DNA from: Podospora anserina
Taxonomy: Eukaryota
Direction of reading: 5' to 3'
Length of the DNA: 64,000 nucleotides
Assembly (NCBI GenBank): GCA_017654855.1
Contig: CM030333.1
Span: 496,001 to 560,000, forward strand
This document shows, piece by piece, positions 24,791-35,897 of the stretch (position 1 is the first letter of the stretch; every line of letters begins with the position of its first letter). The translations under genes were made by a program, and so were the position numbers. The notes under the pieces were generated by a model. The model ran no database searches. It was not told the origin of the DNA and saw only the letters and a program-made list of their open reading frames with translations.

Positions 24791-27297
24791 CTAGAATGTG
24801 CACTCCCTCACTTTCCCGGTCCTCCCAGCTTCATACTCGATCCACCTGGCCACGCCCTTCTTCCCGCTCACGAGAATGCTACTCGGATTCATGACATGAC
24901 AGCCCTCGTAGGTGACGCAAAATGGTGGAGCGGTCGTATCAACCAGCACCACCGCGGTCGGAAGCGGGTAGAGATACAGCGGAGAAGTGTAATCCCAATG
25001 AACCGGCCTGATCGACTGTCGGAATGGAGCCAGATAGCCCTGATCCAGAATCGTCTTGACCAGTTTTCTTGCCGCCAACACATCATACGGCACCGCATTC
25101 GGATCTGCCACCGGTGACGGTCGTTGCTCCTGCTGCTGCTCATCCCCATCCACCTCCATAGCATCCCCATTGTCCTGCGTTGCCCCAGCCATCTCCACAT
25201 CCCCATCCCCCTCCGCCTCCTTCCCCTTCAACCTCACATTCGCCCTCCTCAGCCTAGCCGAGATGTCATCCCTAAACACCACCACCTCACGACCAGGCCC
25301 AAACAAACTCAACCGACTCGGATTACTAGTCCACACCGCCTCCCCTTCTTCTCCCCCGTCAATCCCGCCTCTTGGTTCGCCGCCGCAAACGTCCTCCTCA
25401 CCCGGCTGGTGAACAACCCCGGAACCCCCCTTCTCGGCAGCGGCACCGCCGCCCCTCCCCCAAAAGCCGAAACCCACCCGTCGTTATCGCCAGGCACAAA
25501 CACAAACGTAGCCGTGGTCAACAAGGTGGGAAAATCCGCCAGCGTCGACGCCAGCGCGTCAAAGTACTCCTTGTACTCTATACTCCCCGCCCCTCCCGTC
25601 CCCGTCGTAGCCCCCCCACCATGGCTGGCCATCACCCCGCAACTGGTGAAATTGCCGGTAATGATAAAGCTCATCGGTGTCTCCCCTTCCCCGTCGGTGG
25701 CATACAAACTGAGCACCTTTTTCAGGGCTTGCAAACTCCTCGGTTGGTCAAGGTTGAGTTCACCGAGTATCACGATCCGTGATCGTTGCTGGCCGGCGGG
25801 TTGCTGTCGTAGCAGCCGCTGTTCCAGTTTTCTCATCTTGCTGCCAATGGCGCGTTCACTCCCTACCCCGAGGAAATCAATCCATCCGAATCCACCCCCA
25901 ATGGTATGCTCCTCGTCCCCAGCCATGCCATCCAGCCCGCTAACACCCAAGGTAGCGCGCCGTTTCTCACAGGGAGGCTGTCCGATGAAGAAACCTTGGA
26001 ATCGGCCTCCTATCGTGCCTCCTACTCCCGAACTGCCAGACAGTCCCTTGCCGACGGATTCTTCTTCCTCTTCGTAGATGCCGTCTACCAGGACGATCAT
26101 ACCTGGTGTGAACCAGGCCGAGTCATGGGGGATTGCTGCTGCGTGAGAGAGGTCAAGGGTGATGGCTCCGGTTAGGTCGGATATGGCTAGGGCGCCGGTG
26201 GGGAGGACGATTAGCATGCCTAGCAGGAGGTGAGTGGTGCCATGGCGACCCAATAAGTTGGCGATGGGGGTGATTTTATGGGAGCGGAAAGAAGCGTTAG
26301 AGGATGAGCGGGAAAAGGAGGTGACGGCAGAGGTTTGGAAGGATTCATTCCTCAACAGACGTTGGTGGATGATGTGGTAACGGTTGCGGAAGCTGTCAGT
26401 TTTGTGAGAGGGCGGTGGGAGGAGGCTTGGAGGAGTTGTTATTCTGAATGATGTTAGGCCTAATGTTGAGATAGGGGGTAGAAAGGGGGTCACTCACCTT
26501 TCAAAGTGCTTCTTGGCCACGTTATACGTAAACCTCGGCTGCTCAAAAGCCGACACAACCTTCAACCACCTCCTTGCGTCTTTGCTTCCATCCTCATCAA
26601 GCTCATCATCTTCCCCGCCCAACCCGATACCCGACATACCAAAACTAGCCTGGCTGTCCTCTCTTGCCAAACTCGTAGGGCGCAGCCCCAACCTGGTCTT
26701 GGAGTGGTCTGCCTCGTCACTTGCTTCCAGCATCAAACTATTCTGCCGGCTGAGGCCACCTCTCTGACCATTACCTCCCGTGATAATCCTCCCACCGCTC
26801 ATATTTCCCTCCAAATTCTTCAGTATATCCTTCAGCTCTGGGCTTGCGCCGTCAACAATCACCCCGCCATTCCTGTTCTTCCACCCCCTGGCTACCTCTT
26901 CCAGCACCTTCTCCGCTAGCCCTTCCTCTCGCCATCCTGACCCGCAGTGTCGGCCGATAAAAGAGGCTAGTTCTTGTAGAGCGGAGGATGTAAGAGTCAA
27001 ATTGTGTTTCTTGGTAAAAGTTCTAAAGGCAAGGGGTCGGAGCGTAGGCGGGGGCAGGATAATAGGTAGGATTGCAGCTTTGGCGGGCGCTGGTGGTTGG
27101 AAGGGTCGCAAAGGGTGGGCGGGAGTTGCGAAAGCAGGCGAGGAAGACGGGATTGGGTTTTCTGCTGCTGCAACATTCTTCCGAGCACCGAAGAAAGGGG
27201 CGGGAGGAGGTTTTGGGCGTTTGCGCTTTTCGGGGCTGGTGTTTTCTTGGCTTTGTTTCTTTTTGAGGGACTTTGAGGGACTGGAGACGATCATCAT
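24791..27297 (-). CDS. dpb2: DNA polymerase epsilon subunit B (Dpb2/POLE2); the reading frame is broken by one missing base near 25342-25357 in this sequence
   Basis: Exon 1 is 27297-26498, the intron is 26497-26444 (GTGAGT..CTAAC..CAG), exon 2 is 26443-24791. Dpb2-type segments: LRPLAFRTFTKKHNL, FRNRYHIIHQRLLRNESF, FTPGMIVLVDG, FVFVPGDND, WTSNPSRL, VVVFRDD, LVKTILDQGYLAP, LYPLPT, VMNPS. The spliced length of 2453 nt is 3n+2, consistent with one deleted base. Confidence 0.9.
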
Positions 27298-27455
27298 TTT
27301 GTCGGTCTGTTTTGTATGTCTTCTATACTCGTACTATCGCAGGAAAATAGGTGTCTGGTATTTGCAGCAGTTCGGTCGGGTGGTGTGGTGCTCTGGTCTC
27401 CAGATACTGCCTGGCCACTGGAAACAAAAGTCAGGTCGGAGGACAGGGACAGGAA

Positions 27456-27498
27456 GCGCGTTAATTGACCCTCCAGGGTCGCGCGTCTCAGCGCGTTT
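27456..27498. promoter_or_regulatory. Three MCB-like ACGCG cores in the divergent promoter upstream of DPB2
   Basis: GCGCGT (reverse complement ACGCGC) at 27456, 27481 and 27491, 160-200 bp upstream of the DPB2 ATG. MCB/MBF control of fungal DNA-replication genes is established. Confidence 0.5.
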
Positions 27499-27667
27499 TG
27501 CGGGGCACAATAGCAACAGGGGTCTATGAGCAGGGTTACGCTGCTGGCGGCAATCGGAGCTCGAGAAAGCTTCAGCACAATGCCGTCATTGTCACATTGC
27601 AAAGCTCGAGAGCTTCATTTTCAAAGACTATCTTTCAAGGCTTTAGGGATCTGATCAATTGCCCACC

Positions 27668-28498
27668 ATGATACTGTCAACACGTCTCCAGGTCCCAAGA
27701 CAGCTCCCCCGTGTGGTGCGGGGCATTTCAACCCTCCCTAACAACTCCAATATCGTACGCCTGAAATCCCACCATCTTTTTCATTAGGTAGGGCAGAGCT
27801 AACAAATCTCATAGAAAGTCTTCCCTCACCCAACTCAACCCTCTTCATATCTCCTCACATTGCTCTCCAGAGACCCACCAACACCTTCACTCGCCATTGG
27901 CACCACTACCGCTATCCCACCTACCCCCAGGTCCTTCCAGCACAATCCTAAATTTCTCACCGTATTGGATGAGGTCCTCACCAAGCATGCCATCAACGAT
28001 CCCGGCTTGAAAGCTCAAGCTCAGGCTTTTGCCTCTCCTGGCGGATTTACCTTCATTCACAATCCAGGAAAAAAGGATAGGGGAGCTGGGGGTGGCGGTG
28101 GTGCGAGTGCCGAAGGCGGTGCTGGTGGAGCTGGAGTTGGTGGATGGGTGCATCTGAGCGATGCGAGAAATCCTCCTGATTTTGGGAGGATAGCTTGGTA
28201 GGTTCCGTTCTCGTTGGCATGACAGATATGTCGTGGAATTAACATGCCAGAACAGGCCAGAGGACATCTTTGGAAGTGTGGAGGTGAATGGGAAAGGTAA
28301 AATTGTTGGCAACTACCAGCCGAGTGGGACGTACCGAATTGTGACGAATCAGGGAATGTGAGTTTTCAGTTTTCCATCACTACACTCATTGGTAATTGTG
28401 GATGCTGATCAAATGAACGCAGTCTTGGGCTGAGTCCATTTCTTCACGAAAGGCTCCTAGCTAGGCTTCGCGAAGAAGAGAGCAAGGAGCAAAAATAA
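27668..28498 (+). CDS. Hypothetical fungal protein, about 215 aa, 4 exons, possible mitochondrial presequence
   Basis: Kozak-like CACCATG. Exons 27668-27754, 27815-28197, 28256-28357 and 28423-28498 (648 nt) are joined by three GT-AG introns with branch sites. Product: MILSTRLQVPRQLPRVVRGISTLPNN...GGAGVGGWVHLSDARNPPDFGRIAWPEDIFGSVEV...YQPSGTYRIVTNQGILGLSPFL. The N-terminus is Arg-rich and lacks acidic residues. Confidence 0.85.
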
Positions 28499-28836
28499 TG
28501 ATTCTCTGGAGGATGTTAGTTGTGTACGATAGGTTGGCATACAAATTTATACCCAGCTTTACTTCGAAGTTGATGCACATTTTGATGTTCATGGTTGAAA
28601 GAGTCCAAGCGATTATTACAAAGACTGGGATTTGTGGAGGACTCGTATGACCAGCCCATAAACCTATCGACAGAGCAAAGCAAAATAGTAGAATACAAAT
28701 CATTATTGGCCGTTGACCCATACCATTTACCCCACCGTTTACCCACCAGAAGCATATCAGAAAGCAGATACATTGAAAGAATAGCACAACTGCTGCAGAG
28801 CCGTGCATCAATAGGACCAAAGACTATGCCGAGTCT

Positions 28837-29453
28837 CTACTCATTGTCCTCCTCGTCTTCATCCTCTTCATCGTCTTCCTCCTCCTCGCTCGTCACTTCA
28901 ATGTTGGACTTTTTGGCCTTCTTGGATTCGGTCTTTGTGGCAGGTTTACTGCTACTGCCGCCAACTCCAGCAGGAACATCGTCCACCTCGACCCCCTGCG
29001 AGCGCAATTCCTCGTTCAATTGCGGGATGGCCTTGAGGAAGGCTTTGTATTGGTCAATAGAGAGCGAGATACCCTATCATTATGTCAGATGACTCTCATG
29101 GCAAAAACAAATTTGTGACGCCTACCTTTTTACCAGGCCTCAACTCGCCATCCGGTGTGGTGTAGTACTCTCGAAGATTAACCAGAGTGGCATTCTTGAA
29201 CTTTGAAGCACCGACACGACGATTGTTGCCAAGCTATTGGACATGTTAGTCAAAATGAAACGGCCATATTGGAAGGAATATTAGTACAGACCTCCCAGTA
29301 AGCGTTGCCCTCTCCATCTGTGCCTTTGCCGCCGCTTGGAGTGGCCTTGGGACGCTCCTGCTTCTGCTTCTTGGCGGGAGCCGCCTTTCTCTGGGGAATG
29401 TCTTCCTCATCGCTCTCGATCTGAACGCGACCTCTCTTCTTGTACGACGACAT
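28837..29453 (-). CDS. sub1: Transcriptional coactivator PC4/Sub1 (ssDNA-binding PC4 domain), 168 aa, 3 exons
   Basis: Exons 29453-29292, 29233-29126 and 29073-28837. The spliced product contains the PC4 signature YWELGNNRRVGASKFKNATLVNLREYY...RPGKKGISLSIDQY and an acidic C-terminal tail. Confidence 0.9.
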
Positions 29454-30216
29454 GATTGCGAGTTGGTAACGCGATGTGTGACAGGAGATAAATAACTGAC
29501 AAGGGAATGAATGGGTCAAGTAGTAAGTGAAGCGGTATGATTGATCAAGTTCCAATTTTGCGTTGGGTTGTGAGATAAGTTTTTTTCCAGAAGAACTGCG
29601 GGGCAGTGAAGAGAGGTATCTGGAGTGCTGAGCAGTGAGCTCTTCGTGAAATCAAATCTCTCACAAAACCAGGCTTCCAATAATTTCCCAACGCCTCAAA
29701 CGCGAAGGCTTGATAGTGACGTGCCTTTCGGGCTGTGTGGTCTTGACGCGTTTTCACGTGAGAGGTACCTCGACTGTGATATTAATCGATGCCCCACTCA
29801 AGATTAGGGTCGCTTGGCAGATGCAGCACGGACTCTTGAGCGGGCACCGTTCGAGGTGTCAGGCGGTCTTGGCCGTCAGGAGTGGAAACCCGGAATGTTG
29901 AATTGCTGGGAAAGGCCCCTGATTGACTAAAAATATAGAAAGCTTGGGGCTTGTTTCGTCCTTCAACAGAAATCCGGGGGAGATTGGGAAGTGATCGAAA
30001 TACCATTTACATATCTTTAATGCCTTCCTCAAGCTCAACTTAACCTGTTTTAATCCTGTTCGGTTTCCTCTATAAGCTTTGTATTCAGATTGCTTTCCCA
30101 ACGGTGCGACAAAGCGCCGTCCCCCGCTCACTTCTCCCACCTTTAAATCGTTCGATCCTCCCTTGCGGTGAGCCGTGTCTCCCGTCGCGGTCGAAGCGAA
30201 TCTTCAACAATTCTAT

Positions 30217-33200
30217 ATGAGCCAACAAGATGCGCCTAGCTCGGGCGCGACTCCCGATTGCACAATGGAAGATCGCAAAGATCTCGAACCCAGCGCGATA
30301 GCTGCGACCGCTGCGACCGAGAAACCGACACTTGACGAGAGCACCGTTGCAGCGATCGTTGCTGCTGCTGCTGCTGCTGACGACGCAGTTCCGAGCCCTC
30401 CGAATGCGCCGCCCACAGACGACAGTGTTTCGACCAAAGTGTTTCGCTTTCTGTCCACAGCAACGCCAGAAACACTAGGTGGTGTAGCGGTTGGTCTGGC
30501 TGCCACGACATACCTGGTCCTGGGGAGACTCGGTCTCGTGTTAATAGGGGCATTCGGCGGGATAGTTACTTTCATCCAATGGGAGCAACGGAACCCTGAT
30601 GTGGCACGAATCGTCCGCGGTGAAAGAGGCATTGACGTCCTCGCACGACTGCTAGAGACCAAAAACAAGGTCATTCAAGAGAAGGAGGAGGGCGCCGACG
30701 CTCAGGATTGTGCCTTGATTCACGGATTTGAGGATCTGAGGCCCGAAACCCGTGAGGCCATGAATGAACTCGTCGATGCTGTTGTCGACAACTATGTAAA
30801 GTGGTGGTACTCGCCAATCGTGTCATCAGACAAGTTCTTCCCACTGGCTTGTCGGAAGACGCTTACAGCGTTCTTAACGTCGGCATCCAACCACCTTGCG
30901 AGAAAGCGACCGGCCGACGCGTTTCTTGACGTTCTGACAAACTCGTCCTCTATCGTGGTTGTGTTCTTTTCCGAACTATCCAATGCCTTTACAGAGTTGC
31001 CGGCCGACTCTAAGCTCTCAGCGGCGGATGCTGTCTACAATTACCTGGCTGCTCATCCAGACTCTAATCTGGCCAGCCTGTTGAACCAAAAGCAGCAGGC
31101 AAACAAGTTCCGAATGATTTCAGAAGACCTGCTCAACTTTTTGGAGCGTTCCTCGTACGAATGTGAACCGGCCAGAGTGTTTCTGAGGGAGATGCTGGCC
31201 GGTGTTGTTTTGGAAATGACACTTCAGTCTTTCTCAAAGCCTGAATTCATTAATTCCTGGATTGTTTATCTTCTAGAGGCCGGTGAGCCGGATCTCAATC
31301 AGGCTATCGACGTGGGAATGCAGACTGGTCCTGATGTGGCGTTTGCAGATATTGACGGCAACGTGGGCAACATCGGGCTCACTAAGGGCAATAGGAATTC
31401 CTTTGATCATGAGCGGGCGAGGCGCAAAGAATCCTTGGCGCACAAAAAGAAGCTCAGCAAAGCTGAGGAAGAGATGGAACTGGCCATGGAAGAAATGAAA
31501 CGACTGAACCAGATGATTGCAGATGAGACTACGCTCTTGGCCGAGTCGTCTCAAAACGAACCGAAGCACCACGAAGCAACGACTACAAACGAAACCCAGA
31601 ATGGGCAGGAAACCCAGGGGGATTCAGCATCCCAACCTAAGCCGGTTGATACCACGTCAAAAGATCTGTCAAAGAGCATCGGCAGCGATAGCTCTTCAAG
31701 CAAGAATGATGTTATCAATACGCCTGTAACACCTCTTTCTGCCACCACACCTTCGAGCCAAACGTCTCCTTCGGCATCGCAAAATCCATCAGCAGTGGCA
31801 GCGACAGCAGGCTTCACAAGCTTCGACCAGCTTGTGCCCCCAGCTCGAGAGGGATCGGAGGTTGACTCTATAGTAGAGGCTGCCAAACCACCATTGACGG
31901 TACACAACGCTAACATCACTGTTCTCGATGAGCCTGGTGACAAGCCGATCAAGTCTAAACCCGTCTGGGATTATCTAGTTCAGATCGAACCTGCCACCAC
32001 ACTCTATCCTGGCTGGATGATCATCAGAAAGTACAGCGACTTTGAGGTACTCCATGAAGTGTTGAGGCGGATTGCGACTATATCAGGTGCTGTCATCTTC
32101 TCACAGCAGCACAATGTGCTCCCTCCCTGGAAAAACCACACCCGCACTTCCTTGAGGATCGAACTAGAGCGCTATCTGAAAGACGCTTGCCAGCACCAGA
32201 GTTTGGCTGAAAGCGAGGGCTTGAGAAAGTTTATGGAGAGAGACAACGGGCATCTTCCCCAGCCAAAATCAGGCCTCCAGGCATTTGAAAAGATTGGCAA
32301 GAACGTGTTGGGGGTATTGGCGAGCGCACCCTTGGAGGGCTCCAAAGCTGTGATGGATGGCGTGACTGGAGTGTTGGGGAATATCGGACTGGGACCGCAG
32401 AAAAAGCCAGCGCCGGCCCCATCACCACCACCTTCCGCCCTACAGGACGTGACAGCGGCCAGTCGCCTTTCTATGTCAACCCTTTCTCGAAATGACAGTA
32501 CTCTGTCGCTGAATCGGTTGACCAGCAAGACTCGTGACAGCATAGACAGCCAGCGCTCGTCGGTAGTGGCCACCCAGCCGCCCAAACTTCCCGCTATGGA
32601 TCGTCGTCCTAGTTATAACTCTCAAGGTGATGCGGAACCTGAAGCCAGCTTGCGTCCATCAAGAGCGTCGGCCAGAAACAGCAGAGAGCAAAGCAGAACT
32701 TCTAGCCGAGCGCCTGCACGTTCACCTTCTATTCTCAGTTTCGATGGGTTCCGTCTTCCTCCCCCACCCGACATGATCACGGACGACTACGAATCCCCCA
32801 TTAGCCCTCAAGGGCGCTTATCAGAGCATCTTACTCACCATTCCCGCTCGCTGACGATGCCCACCCTCAGCAGTCAGCGGATTAACGGCCCGCCATTGAC
32901 AGGGAAGCAGCACACAAAGCTCTCTGAGCAAGAGACTAGGGTAGCAGTGGAGCTCATGTTTGCCGTCATCAACGAAATGTACACCCTCTCCTCGGCCTGG
33001 AACATTCGGAGAACACTCCTCGCGGCTGCCAAGTCATTTCTTCTCCGCCCCGGCAATCCCTCGCTGTTGTCAATCCAGACCTTGATTCAGCAGTCTGTCC
33101 TTGACGCCAATACGTCTGACGCCGGAATCGCCGCCCATTTGAAGAAGTTGAGGCAGAATGTAATGCCTACTGAAGAGGAGAAGAAGGAGTGGCCAGCAGA

Positions 33201-33411
33201 GATGACTGCCGAGGAAAAGGAAGCCTTGAGGGTCAAGGCAAGGAAGTTGCTGATCGAGAGTGGGGTACCGGCTGCCTTGATGGGAGTTATGGGACAGGCG
33301 GCGACGAGCGAGGCACTGGGACGGTTGTTTGACTGCTTACAGATCGAGGAAGTGGCAAGGGGATTAATGTTTGGAGTTGTGCTACAGGCTGTGAGGACTG
33401 TCACGCACTGA
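30217..33411 (+). CDS. Membrane-anchored PXA-PX-PXC sorting-nexin-like protein (Mdm1/SNX-PXA family), about 1064 aa, intronless
   Basis: Long ORF with first ATG at 30217 (alternative 30265). N-terminal hydrophobic segment LGGVAVGLAATTYLVLGRLGLVLIGAFGGIVTFIQW. PXA-like LVDAVVDNYVKWWYSPI...FLREMLAGVVL...KPEFINSWI. PX-like GWMIIRKYSDFEVLHEVL...LERYL. C-terminal nexin-like AWNIRRTL...GRLFDCLQ. Confidence 0.85.
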   Translation: MSQQDAPSSGATPDCTMEDRKDLEPSAIAATAATEKPTLDESTVAAIVAAAAAADDAVPSPPNAPPTDDSVSTKVFRFLSTATPETLGGVAVGLAATTYLVLGRLGLVLIGAFGGIVTFIQWEQRNPDVARIVRGERGIDVLARLLETKNKVIQEKEEGADAQDCALIHGFEDLRPETREAMNELVDAVVDNYVKWWYSPIVSSDKFFPLACRKTLTAFLTSASNHLARKRPADAFLDVLTNSSSIVVVFFSELSNAFTELPADSKLSAADAVYNYLAAHPDSNLASLLNQKQQANKFRMISEDLLNFLERSSYECEPARVFLREMLAGVVLEMTLQSFSKPEFINSWIVYLLEAGEPDLNQAIDVGMQTGPDVAFADIDGNVGNIGLTKGNRNSFDHERARRKESLAHKKKLSKAEEEMELAMEEMKRLNQMIADETTLLAESSQNEPKHHEATTTNETQNGQETQGDSASQPKPVDTTSKDLSKSIGSDSSSSKNDVINTPVTPLSATTPSSQTSPSASQNPSAVAATAGFTSFDQLVPPAREGSEVDSIVEAAKPPLTVHNANITVLDEPGDKPIKSKPVWDYLVQIEPATTLYPGWMIIRKYSDFEVLHEVLRRIATISGAVIFSQQHNVLPPWKNHTRTSLRIELERYLKDACQHQSLAESEGLRKFMERDNGHLPQPKSGLQAFEKIGKNVLGVLASAPLEGSKAVMDGVTGVLGNIGLGPQKKPAPAPSPPPSALQDVTAASRLSMSTLSRNDSTLSLNRLTSKTRDSIDSQRSSVVATQPPKLPAMDRRPSYNSQGDAEPEASLRPSRASARNSREQSRTSSRAPARSPSILSFDGFRLPPPPDMITDDYESPISPQGRLSEHLTHHSRSLTMPTLSSQRINGPPLTGKQHTKLSEQETRVAVELMFAVINEMYTLSSAWNIRRTLLAAAKSFLLRPGNPSLLSIQTLIQQSVLDANTSDAGIAAHLKKLRQNVMPTEEEKKEWPAEMTAEEKEALRVKARKLLIESGVPAALMGVMGQAATSEALGRLFDCLQIEEVARGLMFGVVLQAVRTVTH

Positions 33412-34097
33412 GGAAGTCATATGTACTTGTCAGGAACCAAGTGTACGAGTAATGTGGTGAAATGCTTGTTGATGTTTGAGATGCCGGGATAGGATTATCG
33501 GTTATAATTAATGTCAGATGATTGGTGGCGGGCTGGACGGAATGATTACTGGTTCTGATACCACCCTGAGAGTTATGGGATGAGAAATAACACACCTGTT
33601 GGTATGGGCTTGTGCCATCTTTTGTGTTTTGCTTATGAAAGTAGTTCTTTTAATACACATTTATCGGAGGTTTTGATTACAATTGAGTTTGACTTGGAAG
33701 CACGGGTGGTTTTGATGTGAAGTACAAATCTAGCTAGGTCCAAGACATGTGGCCCAAGCGTCGGCGTCTGTAACCGAGCTGCCCATAATGGCAACCTGGC
33801 CTTATGTAAGCATGCATTTCGATCACATCTACGACTACCTGCTCTTGTCGATGATCACCTGGCAGTCTCACTCACACGTCTGATGACACTGGTTCCATGT
33901 TTTTTTTTGAATCTCATAAAACGAAATCTCACACAATATCATCGGACTTCTCACTCGCTCAAATCCAACGGTGGAAGACAATGTTCTAAATTGCTCCTTA
34001 GCCGCTCGCATCTGGCATTCGCAGCGATCTTGGCTTACGGCATCACAAGCCTACAGCACCACATACAAACAGCGCTACAGAGTGAAATTCCAACATC

Positions 34098-35362
34098 ATG
34101 AAATTCATCATCGCCGCGCCAGCGACTCTGGCGCTGGTCTACCGCGCCTACAGCAAGAACAGCCTCACTCCGTTAGGTATCTTCGCCGCAGCCCTCACCG
34201 CCATCGCTCACGCAGTCCACCCCTGGAACCTCCCCTTCGTTCTGCTAGTCGTCTTCTTCCTGGCAGGAACAAGAGCCACTCACGTATGTCTCACACCCTC
34301 CCCATCTCCCTACCTCATCACTGATCTTCCTCACAGGTAAAAGAAAACATCAAAGCAACCCTCACCCTCAAAGCAACCGGCTCCTCCCCCTCGGGCGGCG
34401 GCGAAGGGCCCCGTACCCACGTCCAGGTCTTCGCCAACTCTTTAACCGCTACCATCCTCACCCTCCTTCACGCGTATCAACTCCACGCAAGGAAACAAGC
34501 CCTTTTGTCCAACCCCTCCTCCCCGGACAACGGCACCCTCTGCTTCTCATGGAAAGGCGACCTCCTAGTCATCGGCATAATCGCAAACTACGCCTGCGTG
34601 GCAGCCGACACGTTCTCCTCCGAACTCGGGATCCTGTCAAAGTCCTCTCCAAGGCTGATCACAAGCTGGAATCTGAAAAAAGTGCCCCGGGGCACAAACG
34701 GGGGTGTCACCCTTGTAGGGTTGGGAGCGGGGTTGTTGGGAAGTATAATCATCGTCACCACCTCTGTCTTGTTCCTGCCGTTTTGCACCGCCGATTCAAA
34801 GACCTTACCCGGTGGAGGGCAGCCCTGGGATGTCAAGGAACGGCAAGCTCTCATTTTAGGGTTGACGGTCTCGGGTTTGCTGGGCAGTGTGATGGATTCT
34901 GTTCTTGGAGGCCTGTTCCAGAGGAGCGTCAAAGATGTTAGGAGCGGGAAGATTGTCGAGGGGGAGGGAGGGGAGAGGGTGTTGGTTGCTAGTCCGGTTG
35001 TTATCTCTGGTCATCATCACAAACCTGGGCAGGAGGAGGATGCGGGAGCGGAGATCAAGGCTAAGCTTCTTCGTGGCGAGGGGAAGGATGCGGTTGAGGA
35101 GACTGCGGGGTCTTCTGCCGTGGAGGAGGGGGATCATGTTGTGGATTTGAAGAAGAGGTATGACCCGAAGAATAAGCAGCGGAAGTCGAGTTTTGGGGAT
35201 GAGAGGCCTTCTCGGGCGGTGGTTACTGGGTGGGACTTGCTTGATAATAACGATGTGAACTTTTTGATGGCGTTTGGGATGAGCTTTGGGGCGATGGCAG
35301 TGGCGGGGTGGTATTGGGGGGTTTCGCTTTGGACGATTGTCCCGGGAGGAGTCGCGGTTTAG
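34098..35362 (+). CDS. DUF92/TMEM19-family integral membrane protein, about 403 aa, 2 exons
   Basis: Exons 34098-34283 and 34337-35362, intron GTATGT..CTGAT..CAG. DUF92 motifs: SLTPLG, GGEGPRTHVQVFANS, AADTFSSELG, VPRGTNGGVT, GSVMDSVLG, LLDNNDVN. Confidence 0.9.
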
Positions 35363-35897
35363 TTCTTGATAGTCAAGACTTTGTGTTGGTTTGGAGTTCC
35401 AGCGGATAGCGATGATATAATGGCTGGTTGGTGGGGGAGGAATCTGATATACGTATGTTTTAATGATGATCAAGACCCAGGTCTTTGTGGGCTCCAAATA
35501 TTGTCTTTATATGTAAAGGCTGACTGATTCCATCTGCCGCAACACAGATATTGTGTAAATTAGGAAGCCTGGCACATATCTGCCGTAGGCCATGCTTTGG
35601 TATATAATGGTATCTAAAACTCCTGGACTCCACGCCTCTTTCTATTACCCCTGAAAAAATCTTTCTGCCTTTCGACCCCTTGACAGGTTGTAATCCACAG
35701 TCTTTTCCGCTCTTCAAATGCGTGCAGTGGTAAGTAACTGTGAGCTAGGACTGCGCAGGAAATGAATTCCGGCATCGACCTAGCGAAATAAGAGAAGCAA
35801 ACTCAGACAAGGAAAAAACATGCAAACACCCACAACAGCCATAATGCTCTCCTAACAAAACAGAAAAAAATGGAGAGAACAAGAACAACACCTCCGC

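Noticed and set aside
24791..27297. DPB2 as a pseudogene
   Set aside because: There is only one lesion, in a homopolymer, and both halves are otherwise intact in a normally essential gene. An artefact is more likely.
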